A stretch of DNA of 64,000 nucleotides from Dehalococcoidia bacterium (GCA_965248455.1 OZ252105.1:2682722-2746721); one strand, 5' to 3'. Shown: positions 52,908-62,750, counted from the stretch's first letter. Notes: a model not told the origin generated them from the letters alone. Translations and numbers: made by a program.

Positions 52908-55157
52908 ATGACTGCTCAACCCACTCGGCACGCCATCGGCGTTCCCGCTCCGCGCGTTGACGGCGTGGACAAAGCAACAGGCCGCGCGGCCTACACCGCC
53001 GATGTTCGTCTGAACGGCGTTCTCTTCGCCAAGACCCTGCGCAGCCCTTATCCCCACGCCCGGATACTCTCCATAGATACGTCCGATGCTGAGGCTCTGC
53101 CCGGCGTTCATGCGGTCGTTACCGGCGCTGACATCTACGATGGGGCCAGGCATGGCCGCGCTGTCGTTGACGTTCCCGTGCTTGCGCAAGGGGTGGTTCG
53201 TTTCATCGGCGAGCAGGTGGCCGCCGTTGCAGCCGACGACGAGGACATCGCGCAGCGGGCGACCGAGCTGATCGCCGTTGAGTACGAGGAGATTCCGGCG
53301 GTTCTGGATATGGACGCGGCGAAGGCGGAAGGCGCCCCGCTCGTGCATGAGAACATGCTGGAGATCAAGGGCTACCCGAAAGAGGTCACCGAGCCGAGCA
53401 ACGTCTACACGGTGTTCGAGTGGGCCAAGGGCGACGTGGAAGCGGGCATGGCCGAGGCCGACGTCATCGTCGAGAACACGTTCACGACGCCTCGCCAGCA
53501 TCAGGCGTACATCGAGCCTCATTCCTGCCTCGTTGTGGCGCACCCGTCGGGCAAGGTGGACGTTTGGGCGGGCAACAAGTCGCCCCATCCGGGCAAGCGC
53601 ATGGTCGCCGTTGCGATAGGCATGGACGCCTCGGACGTGGTGTTCAACCCCGTGACCATCGGCGGCGACTTCGGTGGCAAAGGCTCCGCGATGGACATAC
53701 CCATAGCGTGGATGTTGTCGACGCGGACCGGCAGGCCGGTGAAGTTGGTGTTCGATTACACGGAAGACCTCACATCGGCGAACCCTCGTCACGCTTCACG
53801 GGTGACGATGCGCACCGGCGCCATGCGAAACGGCACGATCGTCGCGCACGATGCGCTCGTGGAGTACAACAGCGGCGCCTATGCGGGGTTCAAGCCGGGC
53901 GGGCACCTGGGAGGCGCGACTGCGGCGGCAGGGCCGTACATGTCAGCGAATACGCGCATCGTTGAGCATCAGGTGTACACGAATAGCGTTCCGTGCGGCT
54001 TTATGCGAGGCCCCGGCGAACCACAGGCGATGTTCGCTCTCGAATCCCAGATCGATTGCCTGGCAGCGGCATTGGGTATGAGTCCGGTGGAGCTGCGCCG
54101 GAAGAACCTCGTAACCGAGGGCGAAGAGGACTCGCTCGGCACGGTGTTCGAGCAGGTGCGTTCGATCGAGACGCTGGATTCAGCGGTAGAGGCTGCCGAG
54201 TACGCCTCTCCTAAACCGTCCCACAGCCGTCTGGCCTACGGCAGAGGAGTTGCCATCGGCGAGCGCGTGCAGGCAGGGGGCGAGACCCATGCCGGAGTAA
54301 CGATGAACCCCGATGGCTCAGTTCTGGTGAACACCTCGGTGTTCGAGCAGGGTACCGGGTCGTATACGGTCATGCAGCAGATCGTTGCCGACGAGCTGCG
54401 GATGCCGCTCGAACGGGTGCGCGTCATGGCGTGGGATACGGCAAGCACGTCGTTCGACTCAGGGATAGGGGGAGCGCGGGTAACGCGCATGGCGAGCGCC
54501 GCAGTCTGGAACGCGGCGCAGGCAGCCAAGGGCGAGCTGTTCAAACTGGCGGCGGATATCCACAGCTGGCCGGAAGAGTCACTCGAAGTGAACGGCCCCA
54601 CGTTGCGCAGAACGGACACGGGCGAGAGCATCGAATGGGCGTCGCTCGTGCAGCGCACCGGCGGGCCTATCGTTGGCTTGGGAGACGTGCAGGACGCGGC
54701 GAAGAACCCGTTCACGTCGTTCACGGCGCAGGTCGCCGAGGTTGCGGTCGACCGCGAAACGGGGCAGGTGCACCTGCTGACGATGACGACCGCGCACGAT
54801 ACGGGGCTTATCTTCAACCCGATAGGCCATCAGGGTCAGGTCAACGGAGGGGTCGTGCAGGGCATCGGCTATGCCTTGCAGGAGAACCTCGCCGTCGAGG
54901 ACGGGCGCGTTACGACCGCGTCGTTCGCGGACTACAAGATCCCGACGATGGCCGATCTGCCGGAGCTTCGCACCGTGCTGCTGGATGAGCAGAACGGCGG
55001 CGGCTGGGGGCCGTATCAGGTGAAAGGCATCGGCGAACAGTCCAACTCCCAGGCCGCGCCCGCGATTGCGAACGCCGTGGCCGATGCGGTTGGCGTGCGC
55101 GTTCGCGACCTTCCTGTGACCGCAGAGAAGGTCTACCAAGCGCTCCACGTTCGGTGA
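52908..55157 (+). CDS. xanthine dehydrogenase/aldehyde oxidase family molybdopterin-binding large subunit
   Basis: 749 aa; N-terminal IGVPAPRVDGVDKATGRAAYTADV, GGDFGGKG, and a C-terminal region (YKIPTMADLP, VKGIGEQS) as in Mo-hydroxylases. Confidence 0.88.
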   Translation: MTAQPTRHAIGVPAPRVDGVDKATGRAAYTADVRLNGVLFAKTLRSPYPHARILSIDTSDAEALPGVHAVVTGADIYDGARHGRAVVDVPVLAQGVVRFIGEQVAAVAADDEDIAQRATELIAVEYEEIPAVLDMDAAKAEGAPLVHENMLEIKGYPKEVTEPSNVYTVFEWAKGDVEAGMAEADVIVENTFTTPRQHQAYIEPHSCLVVAHPSGKVDVWAGNKSPHPGKRMVAVAIGMDASDVVFNPVTIGGDFGGKGSAMDIPIAWMLSTRTGRPVKLVFDYTEDLTSANPRHASRVTMRTGAMRNGTIVAHDALVEYNSGAYAGFKPGGHLGGATAAAGPYMSANTRIVEHQVYTNSVPCGFMRGPGEPQAMFALESQIDCLAAALGMSPVELRRKNLVTEGEEDSLGTVFEQVRSIETLDSAVEAAEYASPKPSHSRLAYGRGVAIGERVQAGGETHAGVTMNPDGSVLVNTSVFEQGTGSYTVMQQIVADELRMPLERVRVMAWDTASTSFDSGIGGARVTRMASAAVWNAAQAAKGELFKLAADIHSWPEESLEVNGPTLRRTDTGESIEWASLVQRTGGPIVGLGDVQDAAKNPFTSFTAQVAEVAVDRETGQVHLLTMTTAHDTGLIFNPIGHQGQVNGGVVQGIGYALQENLAVEDGRVTTASFADYKIPTMADLPELRTVLLDEQNGGGWGPYQVKGIGEQSNSQAAPAIANAVADAVGVRVRDLPVTAEKVYQALHVR

Positions 55158-56443
55158 GACGTCCACAGGAGACCGCTGGCGACCCTGCGCCTGAAGGACG
55201 CCCCGCAGGATCCTTGTCGCATCCGTTCGAGTCGCTGGCCAATGTTCAGTATCGCCGCCTATGGGTAGGCACGTTCTTCACGTTCGCGGCGGGGCAGATG
55301 ACCATGGTTGCGCGTCCGTGGCTCGCCTACGAACTCACCGGTTCGGGGCTGATGCTCGGGTTGGTGGCGATGGCGCAGGGCATCCCCATGTTCTTCATGG
55401 CGCCACTGGGAGGCGTTGCGGCTGACCGCCTTTCGAAACGGACGGTGCTGCTGGTCTCTCAGACGGCGCTGCTGCTCATAGCGGTGAGCCTTGCGGTCGT
55501 TCTCTACCTGGACATCGTGGAGGTGTGGCACCTCGTCGTGTTGGCGCTAGTGCATGGCATCGCCATGCCGTTCAACATGCCGGTGCGGCAATCCTACGTG
55601 CCGGTGCTGCTGCCGCGACGCCTCATCCCCAACGGCGTTGCGCTGCAGGCGTCAGGACGGAACCTGAATCAGGTCGCCGCGCCAAGCGTTGCGGGCATAC
55701 TCTTGGCGATCGACCCGCTGATAGCGTTCGTCACCGTGGCGTCGTTCCACGTGCTGTCGATGGCGATCTCGTTGACGTTCCCCGGCGCGGGGCCTCTGGA
55801 GAAGCGCGGACTCGGCATGCGCGGGGAGCTGCTGCTGGGGTTCCGCTACGTTCTCGCCACGCCGATGCTCCGGTTGCTGTTCGGGATGCTGCTGCTCATG
55901 CTGATCCTGGGGATGCCGTACATGCACCTGCTGTCGGTCTTTCAGGGAGTGCTGGACATCGGCCCGGAGCTGCTGGGGCTGATGTACACAGCGGTGGGGG
56001 CGGGGGGCTTCTGTGGGTCGCTGACGATGGCCTCGTTCTCGCGGCTGGTGCGCGGCCTGCCGCAGTTCGTCATGGGGGTTGGCTTCAGCCTGACGCTCGT
56101 CGCGTTCGCGCTTTCGCAATCGTACCTGATCTCGCTGGGGTTGCTGTTCGTCATGGGTTTCACGCATCAGGCGTACACGACGATAAACCAGACGCTCATC
56201 GTTACGAGAACGGCGCCGGAGTTGTACGGTCGCGTGGCGAGCATCAATCTGATGATGCGCTCGTTCATCACGATGGCGGTGTTGCCCATCGGGGCACTGG
56301 CTGACAGGTTCGGCGCGCCGTACACGCTCGCGGCGTGCGGAGCGCTGCTTGCGGGGCTGCTGCTGCTCATCGGCGCGATCAGGGGCACCGGAATCCCGGA
56401 GGGCGTTCAGGAGGTCAGCTCGACGGCTTCAGCGGAACGCTGA
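55154..56443 (+). CDS. MFS transporter (EntS/DUF894-like)
   Basis: YRRLWVGTFFTFAAGQMTMVARPWLAYELTGS, GGVAADRLSKR. GTGA overlap with the upstream gene; start uncertain. Confidence 0.8.
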   Translation: MRRPQETAGDPAPEGRPAGSLSHPFESLANVQYRRLWVGTFFTFAAGQMTMVARPWLAYELTGSGLMLGLVAMAQGIPMFFMAPLGGVAADRLSKRTVLLVSQTALLLIAVSLAVVLYLDIVEVWHLVVLALVHGIAMPFNMPVRQSYVPVLLPRRLIPNGVALQASGRNLNQVAAPSVAGILLAIDPLIAFVTVASFHVLSMAISLTFPGAGPLEKRGLGMRGELLLGFRYVLATPMLRLLFGMLLLMLILGMPYMHLLSVFQGVLDIGPELLGLMYTAVGAGGFCGSLTMASFSRLVRGLPQFVMGVGFSLTLVAFALSQSYLISLGLLFVMGFTHQAYTTINQTLIVTRTAPELYGRVASINLMMRSFITMAVLPIGALADRFGAPYTLAACGALLAGLLLLIGAIRGTGIPEGVQEVSSTASAER

Positions 56444-56542
56444 GCGCGGGCGCCGTTCCGTTCGAGGCGCGGGCCAGTCGTTGCCCGACAGCGGTACGCT
56501 TCGTTAGACTGCTACCGGTATATCTTCCACGGGGGCAAGCAC

Positions 56543-57919
56543 ATGGACGAGCACATGCGTGACCGTATCGAGGCCGCGCTCAAGTCGGCGGGCGGGCAGT
56601 ACGTGGAAGTCCACGTCGAAGAGGCATCGTCGTCAGCGATCCGGTACCGGGGCAACGATCTGGAAGAGATCGGCCGCGGGAGCGGAGTGGGCGGCAACGT
56701 CAGAGCCCTCGACGGCGGAGGCTGGGGGTTCGCGTCGTTCAACGACCTGAGCAACCTCGAATCGAAGATCCACCAGGCGATTGAGCAGGCGCGCGTCGTT
56801 GGCGGGGAACGCATCGAACTGGCAGAGACGCCCCCTGTCGTGGATCACGTTCCCGCGATCATCGGCCTGGATCCGGGGTCGCTGACGCTTGCTGACAAGA
56901 AGGGCATCCTCGACGAGTACGCCAGCGTTATGATGGGTACGCCGGGCGTCCAGTCTGCGACGGTCGGCTACTCCGACGCTCGCCGCCGGATGGTTTACGC
57001 GAACTCCGAGGGCTCCTACGTCGATCAGGAGCGCATCGACGTCAACCTGCGGCTCAACGCGCAGGCGCGCAACGGCGCCGACATACAACAGTACGGCGTG
57101 AGCCTGGGGAGCCTGGGCGATTTCGAGTTCGTGATGAACCTGCATGAGGACGCGCGAGAAGCCGCCGAGAAGGCCGTCGCGCTTCTGGACGCGCCGGAAG
57201 TGAAGGGCGGCGAGTACACCGTCGTTCTTGATCCTATCCTTGCAGGCGTATTCATCCACGAAGCGTTCGGGCACCTGTCCGAGGCCGATCACATCTACGC
57301 GGAGCCGCGATTGCAGGAGCTGATGAAGCCGGGCAAGCGGTTCGGCGGCGTTCACCTGAACGTGAAGGACGGCGCGACCGTCCCGCGTCCATCGCTGCGC
57401 GGCTCCTACGTGTACGACGACGAGGGCGTACAAGGTCAGGAGACCGACCTGATCCGCGACGGCGTGCTCGTGGGCAGGCTGCATTCGCGGGAGACGGCGG
57501 CGAAGCTCGGCGAGCGCCCCACGGGCAACGCTCGTGCGTTGAACTACCGCTTCGCTCCCATCGTGCGGATGACCAATACGTTCATCGTGCCGGGCGAGAT
57601 GAGTGCGGATGACCTGTTCGCGGACGTGGAGGACGGGCTCTACGTGAAGAGCTGGTACGGCGGTATGACGTCCATGGAGATGTTCACGTTCTCCGCCGGA
57701 GAGGCCTACCGCATCCGGAACGGCAAGATAGCCGAGCTATGCAAGCCCGTGATGTTGTCCGGCAACGTGTTCACGACGCTGCACAACATCGACGGCATCG
57801 CGAACGACCTTGGCATGAACGAGGGCGGCGGCTGCGGCAAGGCGGGGCAGAGCCCGTTGCCCGTCTCCAACGGCAGTCCGCACATCCGCATCCGGCAATG
57901 CCTTATCGGAGGGGCGTAG
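56543..57919 (+). CDS. tldD: TldD-family metallopeptidase
   Basis: 458 aa; HExxxH motif IHEAFGHLSE, C-terminal GGCGKAGQ. Confidence 0.88.
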   Translation: MDEHMRDRIEAALKSAGGQYVEVHVEEASSSAIRYRGNDLEEIGRGSGVGGNVRALDGGGWGFASFNDLSNLESKIHQAIEQARVVGGERIELAETPPVVDHVPAIIGLDPGSLTLADKKGILDEYASVMMGTPGVQSATVGYSDARRRMVYANSEGSYVDQERIDVNLRLNAQARNGADIQQYGVSLGSLGDFEFVMNLHEDAREAAEKAVALLDAPEVKGGEYTVVLDPILAGVFIHEAFGHLSEADHIYAEPRLQELMKPGKRFGGVHLNVKDGATVPRPSLRGSYVYDDEGVQGQETDLIRDGVLVGRLHSRETAAKLGERPTGNARALNYRFAPIVRMTNTFIVPGEMSADDLFADVEDGLYVKSWYGGMTSMEMFTFSAGEAYRIRNGKIAELCKPVMLSGNVFTTLHNIDGIANDLGMNEGGGCGKAGQSPLPVSNGSPHIRIRQCLIGGA

Positions 57920-59256
57920 CCATCGCTTCCCTGACCGAGGCACTGGCAGCAGCCGAGCGTATCCTCGAGCTTGCGGACGGCGTAGCAGACGAGGCGGAGG
58001 TCTTCTACGTCGACGCGTCAAGCACGCCCATCCACTTCGAGGCGAACGCCATCAAGAGCATCGACGCGAACGATGCCGCGGGCGTGGCGCTCAGGATCAT
58101 CAAGGATGGCCGCGTCGGGTTCAGTTCGACGTCGAACCTACAGGATCCCCAGGGACTGGTGGACGCTGCCATCGAGACGGCGCCGTTCGGTGCGGAAGCG
58201 CACTTCGAGTTCCCCGGGAGGCAGGACTACCCGGACGTCAAGACCTACGATGGCTCCGTTGCGGAGGTAACACTGGAAGAGATGGCAGCGCTGGGAGAGC
58301 GCGCCGTCTCCGAATTGCGCGCCTATTCCTCCGAGGTGCAGGTCGAGGGCGGCGTTGGGAAATCCATCGCCTCCGTCGCGCTGGTGAACAGCCGAGGGGG
58401 GAGCGTCTGCTATCAGAGCTCCCGGTACGAGATCGGCTTCGGGGGGACGGTTATACGCGGCGAGGACATGCTGTTCACGTCCGACCGGGAGAGCAGCATC
58501 GCGGTGCTGCACGACGTATCGCCTGTCGTTTCCTCGGTGCTCAGGCAGCTCCAGTGGGCCCAAGAGACTGCATCCGTCGAGACCAAAACGATGCCGGTGA
58601 TACTGATGCCCTCAGGAGTGCGGAGCGTACTCCTCTCCCCGCTGCTTGCAGGGCTCAACGGCAAGTCCGTGTGGCAAGGGACATCGCCGCTGGCCGGACG
58701 CCTGGGCGAGCGTATCGTCGATGAGCGGTTCACCCTGACGGACGACCCTACGCTGGCCCTCGCGCCCGCCAGCAGGCCGAGCGACGGTGAGGGCGTGGCG
58801 AGTTGCCGGCTGCCGCTCATCGAGGCGGGTGCTGCATCGGCGTTCTTCTACGATCTGCAGACAGCTGGCCAGGCGGGCACGCAGAGCACCGGTTCAGGCG
58901 AACGCGGCGTCGGATCGTTGCCGGGGCCGTCGACCAGCGTTCTGCTGGTGGGCGAAGGCGATACGCGCCTCGACGATATGATTGCAGGGATGGACGAGGG
59001 GCTCATCGTGGAGCGCCTGCTCGGCGCGGGGCAGAGCAACGTGCTCGGCGGAGACTTCAATGCGAACGTGCTGCTGGGCTATAAAGTCGAGCACGGCAGG
59101 ATCGTGGGGCGCGTCAAGAACACGATGGTTTCCGGCAATGCGTACAAAGCGCTGAACAACGTGGTCGCGATAGGGAGCGAAGGGCGCTGGCTGGGCGGTG
59201 GTCTGTACACCCCCGCCATCGCAGTCAGTGGTGTGTCCGTTTCCAGCAAGGGCTAG
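57898..59256 (+). CDS. pmbA: PmbA/TldE-family protein
   Basis: ORF 57739..59256; start placed at ATG 57898 (22-nt overlap with tldD). Paralogous fold without HExxxH. Confidence 0.8.
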   Translation: MPYRRGVAIASLTEALAAAERILELADGVADEAEVFYVDASSTPIHFEANAIKSIDANDAAGVALRIIKDGRVGFSSTSNLQDPQGLVDAAIETAPFGAEAHFEFPGRQDYPDVKTYDGSVAEVTLEEMAALGERAVSELRAYSSEVQVEGGVGKSIASVALVNSRGGSVCYQSSRYEIGFGGTVIRGEDMLFTSDRESSIAVLHDVSPVVSSVLRQLQWAQETASVETKTMPVILMPSGVRSVLLSPLLAGLNGKSVWQGTSPLAGRLGERIVDERFTLTDDPTLALAPASRPSDGEGVASCRLPLIEAGAASAFFYDLQTAGQAGTQSTGSGERGVGSLPGPSTSVLLVGEGDTRLDDMIAGMDEGLIVERLLGAGQSNVLGGDFNANVLLGYKVEHGRIVGRVKNTMVSGNAYKALNNVVAIGSEGRWLGGGLYTPAIAVSGVSVSSKG

Positions 59257-59260
59257 GGCT

Positions 59261-60166
59261 ATGGGGTTAGGGAACATCATCGACCAACTGACAGACCCCG
59301 ATCATGAGTTGACCCCTGCGTTGCTCGGCAAGCTAAGCGGACTTCTGCGCGACGATGCACAGGAACTGAGCGACAGTTGGCCGGAGATTCCCCCGTCCCG
59401 CAGGCTGGAGGTCGTTCAGCGGCTCATCGACATGGCGGAGCACGATATCGAGATGGACGTCGTGCCGGTGCTCCGCGCTGCGCTCGACGATCAGGAGCCG
59501 GAGATCCGCGCCAGCGCCGCCTCCGGCCTCTGGGAGACGAGCGACCGCACCGTTATCAAGCCGTTGGTGAGGCTGCTGCAGGAGGACGACTCAGATGCGA
59601 CACGTGCCGCGGCTGCGGTCACGCTGGGGCATTTCGTGGAACTGGCGGAGGCAGGTAAGCTGATCGACCGCGACGTATCGATCCTCGAGGATGCGCTGTT
59701 CAGCGTGCTCGATGATCCCGATGAGACGTTGGAGGTGCGACGGCGCGCTCTCGAGGCGATCGCTCCATCGCACCACCCCAGCGTCGCGGGCTGGGTGCAG
59801 TGGGCGTACGACAGCGATGAGCCCTTGCTGGGGCAGAGCGCAATCTACGCGATGGGGCGTACCTGCGACGACGTGTGGCTGCCGACCATCACGAAAGAGA
59901 TGACCAGCGCCGATACGGCGATGCGCTTCGAGGCGGCGAATGCCGCTCGCGAGATGGGCGACCCCAAGGCATTGCCCTACCTCCACGAACTCGTCGATGA
60001 CGACGATCTGACGGTCGCCGTGGCAGCGGTGCAGGCGGTGGGGGGCGTCGGCGGAGCGATGGCGAAGAAGCTCCTGAAAAGGTATGAAGAACGAAACGAC
60101 GGGCCGGTGAGCGAAGCCGCTGCCGAAGCGCTGCGCGTCATCGAATCTGAGGATCTGGGGTTCTGA
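59261..60166 (+). CDS. HEAT-repeat (PBS-lyase-like) protein
   Basis: ORF 59198..60166; start MGLGNII (ATG 59261). Repeated D..(V/I)R..AA.ALG modules. Confidence 0.75.
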   Translation: MGLGNIIDQLTDPDHELTPALLGKLSGLLRDDAQELSDSWPEIPPSRRLEVVQRLIDMAEHDIEMDVVPVLRAALDDQEPEIRASAASGLWETSDRTVIKPLVRLLQEDDSDATRAAAAVTLGHFVELAEAGKLIDRDVSILEDALFSVLDDPDETLEVRRRALEAIAPSHHPSVAGWVQWAYDSDEPLLGQSAIYAMGRTCDDVWLPTITKEMTSADTAMRFEAANAAREMGDPKALPYLHELVDDDDLTVAVAAVQAVGGVGGAMAKKLLKRYEERNDGPVSEAAAEALRVIESEDLGF

Positions 60167-60609
60167 TGACAGGCACCCTGCAAACGCTGGAGGCGGCCTC
60201 AGCCGGGGGCGTTGTCTATCGGAAGGATCAGCGCGGCGTGATGGTCGTCATCTGCGGACGGACGAAATCCGGGCTGTGGGCTCTTCCCAAGGGCACTCCG
60301 GACGGCAGCGAGACGCTCGAACAGACGGCGCTCCGCGAGGTGGAAGAGGAGACGGGCCTGAAGGTGAAGATCGAGTCTCCGCTGGGGCACATCGAATACT
60401 GGTTCATGCGTTGGCCTCACCGCGTCCACAAGCGCGTGCATTTCTATCTCATGGCTGCACAGGGCGGCTCGTTCGACGACCATGACCCGGAGTTCGACGT
60501 TGTGCAGTGGGCTACTCCCGATGACGCGCTGCGGATGCTGACCCACGCGACGGAACAAGAGGTGCTGAGGCGATCTCTCCAGGCGCTTGATGTAGAGGAG
60601 CGCCTATGA
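60166..60609 (+). CDS. NUDIX hydrolase
   Basis: Nudix box GTPDGSETLEQTALREVEEETGL. Confidence 0.88.
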   Translation: MTGTLQTLEAASAGGVVYRKDQRGVMVVICGRTKSGLWALPKGTPDGSETLEQTALREVEEETGLKVKIESPLGHIEYWFMRWPHRVHKRVHFYLMAAQGGSFDDHDPEFDVVQWATPDDALRMLTHATEQEVLRRSLQALDVEERL

Positions 60610-61160
60610 CTGAGGTCATCAAGAGCGGGCGCAAGGTTGCGATTCGCAGGAAGCAGATCGAGGACGGCGAGGACGACTACCGCTGGCGGGCCGACCCCGA
60701 GCTCGCGGAACTCGATGCCACGAGGATTATTCGCCAGACGCGCGAGGAGTTCCTGCGCGACCTGGAGAACGAGCTGAAATACCCGACGCCCTGGGTGCGC
60801 AAGTACGGCATCGATACCCTCGACGGGTTGCATATCGGCAACTGCATGGTCTACGACATCGACACCATCGGCGGGAAGTGCGAATTGGGCATCCTGCTGG
60901 GCGACCGCAACTACTGGGATGGCGGCTACGGGCGCGAGGCGATGCAACTGCTGATGGTCGAGTGCTTCGAGATGACATCGATGGAGCGCCTTTATCTGCA
61001 CACGTTGGATTGGAACACGCGGGCGCGCCGGGCGTTCCAGGGCTGCGGCTTTCGCGAGGTGCGCCCTGTACGCCGCGCAGGCTACAACTTCATCCTGATG
61101 GAGATATCCCGCGAGGAGTGGGACGCACGACCTTCGCTATCTGAACAGAACGGGGCCTGA
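60606..61160 (+). CDS. GNAT family N-acetyltransferase (RimJ/RimL-like)
   Basis: 184 aa; WDGGYGREAMQLL, NTRARRAFQGCGF. Confidence 0.8.
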   Translation: MTEVIKSGRKVAIRRKQIEDGEDDYRWRADPELAELDATRIIRQTREEFLRDLENELKYPTPWVRKYGIDTLDGLHIGNCMVYDIDTIGGKCELGILLGDRNYWDGGYGREAMQLLMVECFEMTSMERLYLHTLDWNTRARRAFQGCGFREVRPVRRAGYNFILMEISREEWDARPSLSEQNGA

Positions 61161-61191
61161 TCCCGGCGAAAAGGCCCTGTCCTGCACGGGG

Positions 61192-61611
61192 CTAACGCTC
61201 CAGCGCGACGACGGCCTCGCCGGTCGTTGTGCGCGTTCCCTGGCCGTTCTCGATCCACACGTCGCAGCGCACCGTTCCGGTCGCGTCGTCCTTCTCGGTT
61301 ACGGTTCCCCGGCACGTGATCGTGTCTCCGGGCACGTCCATCTCACGGTAGCGCACCGAGAGCGACCGCAGCCGTCCGTCGGCCCCTGCCCAGTCGGTGA
61401 CGAGTTGGCCCAGGAATGCGCTCTTCAATGCGCCGTGGAGAATGACGCCCGGCAGTCCCTGCGCGTTGGCGAAATCCTTGTCGTAGTGGATCTCGTAGAA
61501 GTCGCCGGATGCGCCCGCATACATCACGAGTTGGCGGGTGGTCGGTTTCTTTACGAGAGGGGGTAGTTCGCTCCCCACGGCGATGTCTTCGAAGCGAGGT
61601 TGCGCGGTCAT
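61192..61611 (-). CDS. MaoC-like (R)-hydratase/dehydratase, hot-dog fold
   Basis: 139 aa; YAGASGDFYEIHYDKDFA, GVILHGALK. Confidence 0.85.
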   Translation of the reverse strand: MTAQPRFEDIAVGSELPPLVKKPTTRQLVMYAGASGDFYEIHYDKDFANAQGLPGVILHGALKSAFLGQLVTDWAGADGRLRSLSVRYREMDVPGDTITCRGTVTEKDDATGTVRCDVWIENGQGTRTTTGEAVVALER

Positions 61612-62030
61612 ATCGCGGGCATCCTTATCACGGTGTTGCGTTGCGTCACTGCTACTTCACTGCGCTGATTCGTGTAGGTGGTCAGGTAGGTCGCGATGAG
61701 CATCGAACCCATGCGCCCCTCCCGCTCGACGAGCGTCTCCATCTGCGTTGTGAAGGTGATGGTGTCGCCCGGACGCACCGGCTCGCCGTAGGTCCACTCA
61801 CTCCCGCCGTCCAATACGCGCGGCACGCTTTCGCCATCCGGGAAAGCGGGTATCGCGAGACCTACGGAGCGCAGGAACGTCGGCGGGGCGATGTCGGGGA
61901 AAGCGGGGTTATCGTCGCCGATGGCCCGCGCGAAGCGTTCGATCGCGCCTCGCTCGACCGTCACGGAACGTTGCTCACCGTTGCGTCCGACGGCGGCCTG
62001 CATCGCTGGAGTAAGAACTGATTCGGCCAT
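61608..62030 (-). CDS. MaoC N-terminal-like hot-dog protein (partner subunit)
   Basis: 140 aa; 4-nt overlap with the downstream MaoC gene; HadA/HadB-like pair layout. Confidence 0.75.
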   Translation of the reverse strand: MAESVLTPAMQAAVGRNGEQRSVTVERGAIERFARAIGDDNPAFPDIAPPTFLRSVGLAIPAFPDGESVPRVLDGGSEWTYGEPVRPGDTITFTTQMETLVEREGRMGSMLIATYLTTYTNQRSEVAVTQRNTVIRMPAI

Positions 62031-62125
62031 GACAGAAAAACCTGGGTGCTATCCAAGGTTCCGGCAGGCTATTGCCAGCCATGGCGGGTGTCAAGCCACG
62101 CGGTGAAATTCAACATGACAAAGTA

Positions 62126-62313
62126 TTGACGCATGAGCATCCATCATTTATCGTAACGCCGTCGTTGTTGTTGAGCTTGTACTTGGGTTCGCCAGCAGAC
62201 GGTACCAGTGTGATCGTTGACGGTACGGGGTTGCTGGCTTCTCCGGTCGAGCAAGCGCCTACCGCCCGTATAGCCCTTCCTAAATGGAAGGGCTTTACTT
62301 TTGTCCGGTAATT
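62126..62313 (+). ncRNA. candidate orphan small transcript (promoter to intrinsic terminator)
   Basis: TTGACG (62126-31), 17-nt spacer, TATCGT (62149-54). Terminator AGCCCTTCC-TAAAT-GGAAGGGCT (62282-62304) then TTACTTTTG. No credible ORF; locally lower GC. Confidence 0.3.
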
Positions 62314-62444
62314 CGTCCGAAAGACTGCCTTCGAGGACTCAAGCTGAATGGGGTTTCCGCCGTGTGTTGTATGTCGCCCCGGCGTGTTGGAGGCGATCGC
62401 GATTGACCCCCTTCGATGGCGGATGCTAGCCTGATTAACAGCGT

Positions 62445-62521
62445 AGGAGTGTAGCTCAGCCTGGTAGAGCAGCGGTCTCCAAAACCGCCGGCCGAGGGTT
62501 CGAATCCTTCCACTCCTGCCA
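62445..62521 (+). tRNA. tRNA-Trp (anticodon CCA)
   Basis: Acceptor AGGAGTG/CACTCCT, anticodon loop CTCCAAA, GGTTCGAATCC, encoded CCA. Confidence 0.9.
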
Positions 62522-62612
62522 TTTTTTCGCATCAGCGTGATGCTCAGTCTGCGCAGCGCGGTACGCCGGGCTGTTGGCAGGGAGCGTCGCGCGTTCTACA
62601 ATCAGCAGACGG

Positions 62613-62699
62613 GCGCAGGTGGTGGAATAGGTAGACACGCTGTCTTGAGGGGGCAGTGGGAGCAGTCCCGTAAGAGTTCAAATCTCTTCCTGCGCACCA
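62613..62699 (+). tRNA. tRNA-Leu (anticodon GAG), long variable arm
   Basis: Acceptor GCGCAGG/CCTGCGC, anticodon stem-loop CTGTC-TTGAGGG-GGCAG, variable arm TGGGAGCAGTCCCGT, encoded CCA. Confidence 0.88.
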
Positions 62700-62721
62700 T
62701 CCCAAGGATTCAGTACAGAAG

Positions 62722-62750
62722 AGGCTCGGGGCATATCCCGGGCCTTTCTA
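62722..62750 (+). terminator. intrinsic terminator after the tRNA pair
   Basis: AGGCTCGGG-GCATAT-CCCGGGCCT followed by TTCTA. Confidence 0.45.

Noticed and set aside
62110-62532. Minus-strand ORF ending in a Cys-rich tail (...NDGCSCVNTLSC), considered as a RiPP precursor
   Set aside because: The only in-frame starts lie inside or beyond the antisense of tRNA-Trp. No ATG/GTG/TTG with an SD occurs near the Cys-rich end, and no modifying enzymes are adjacent.
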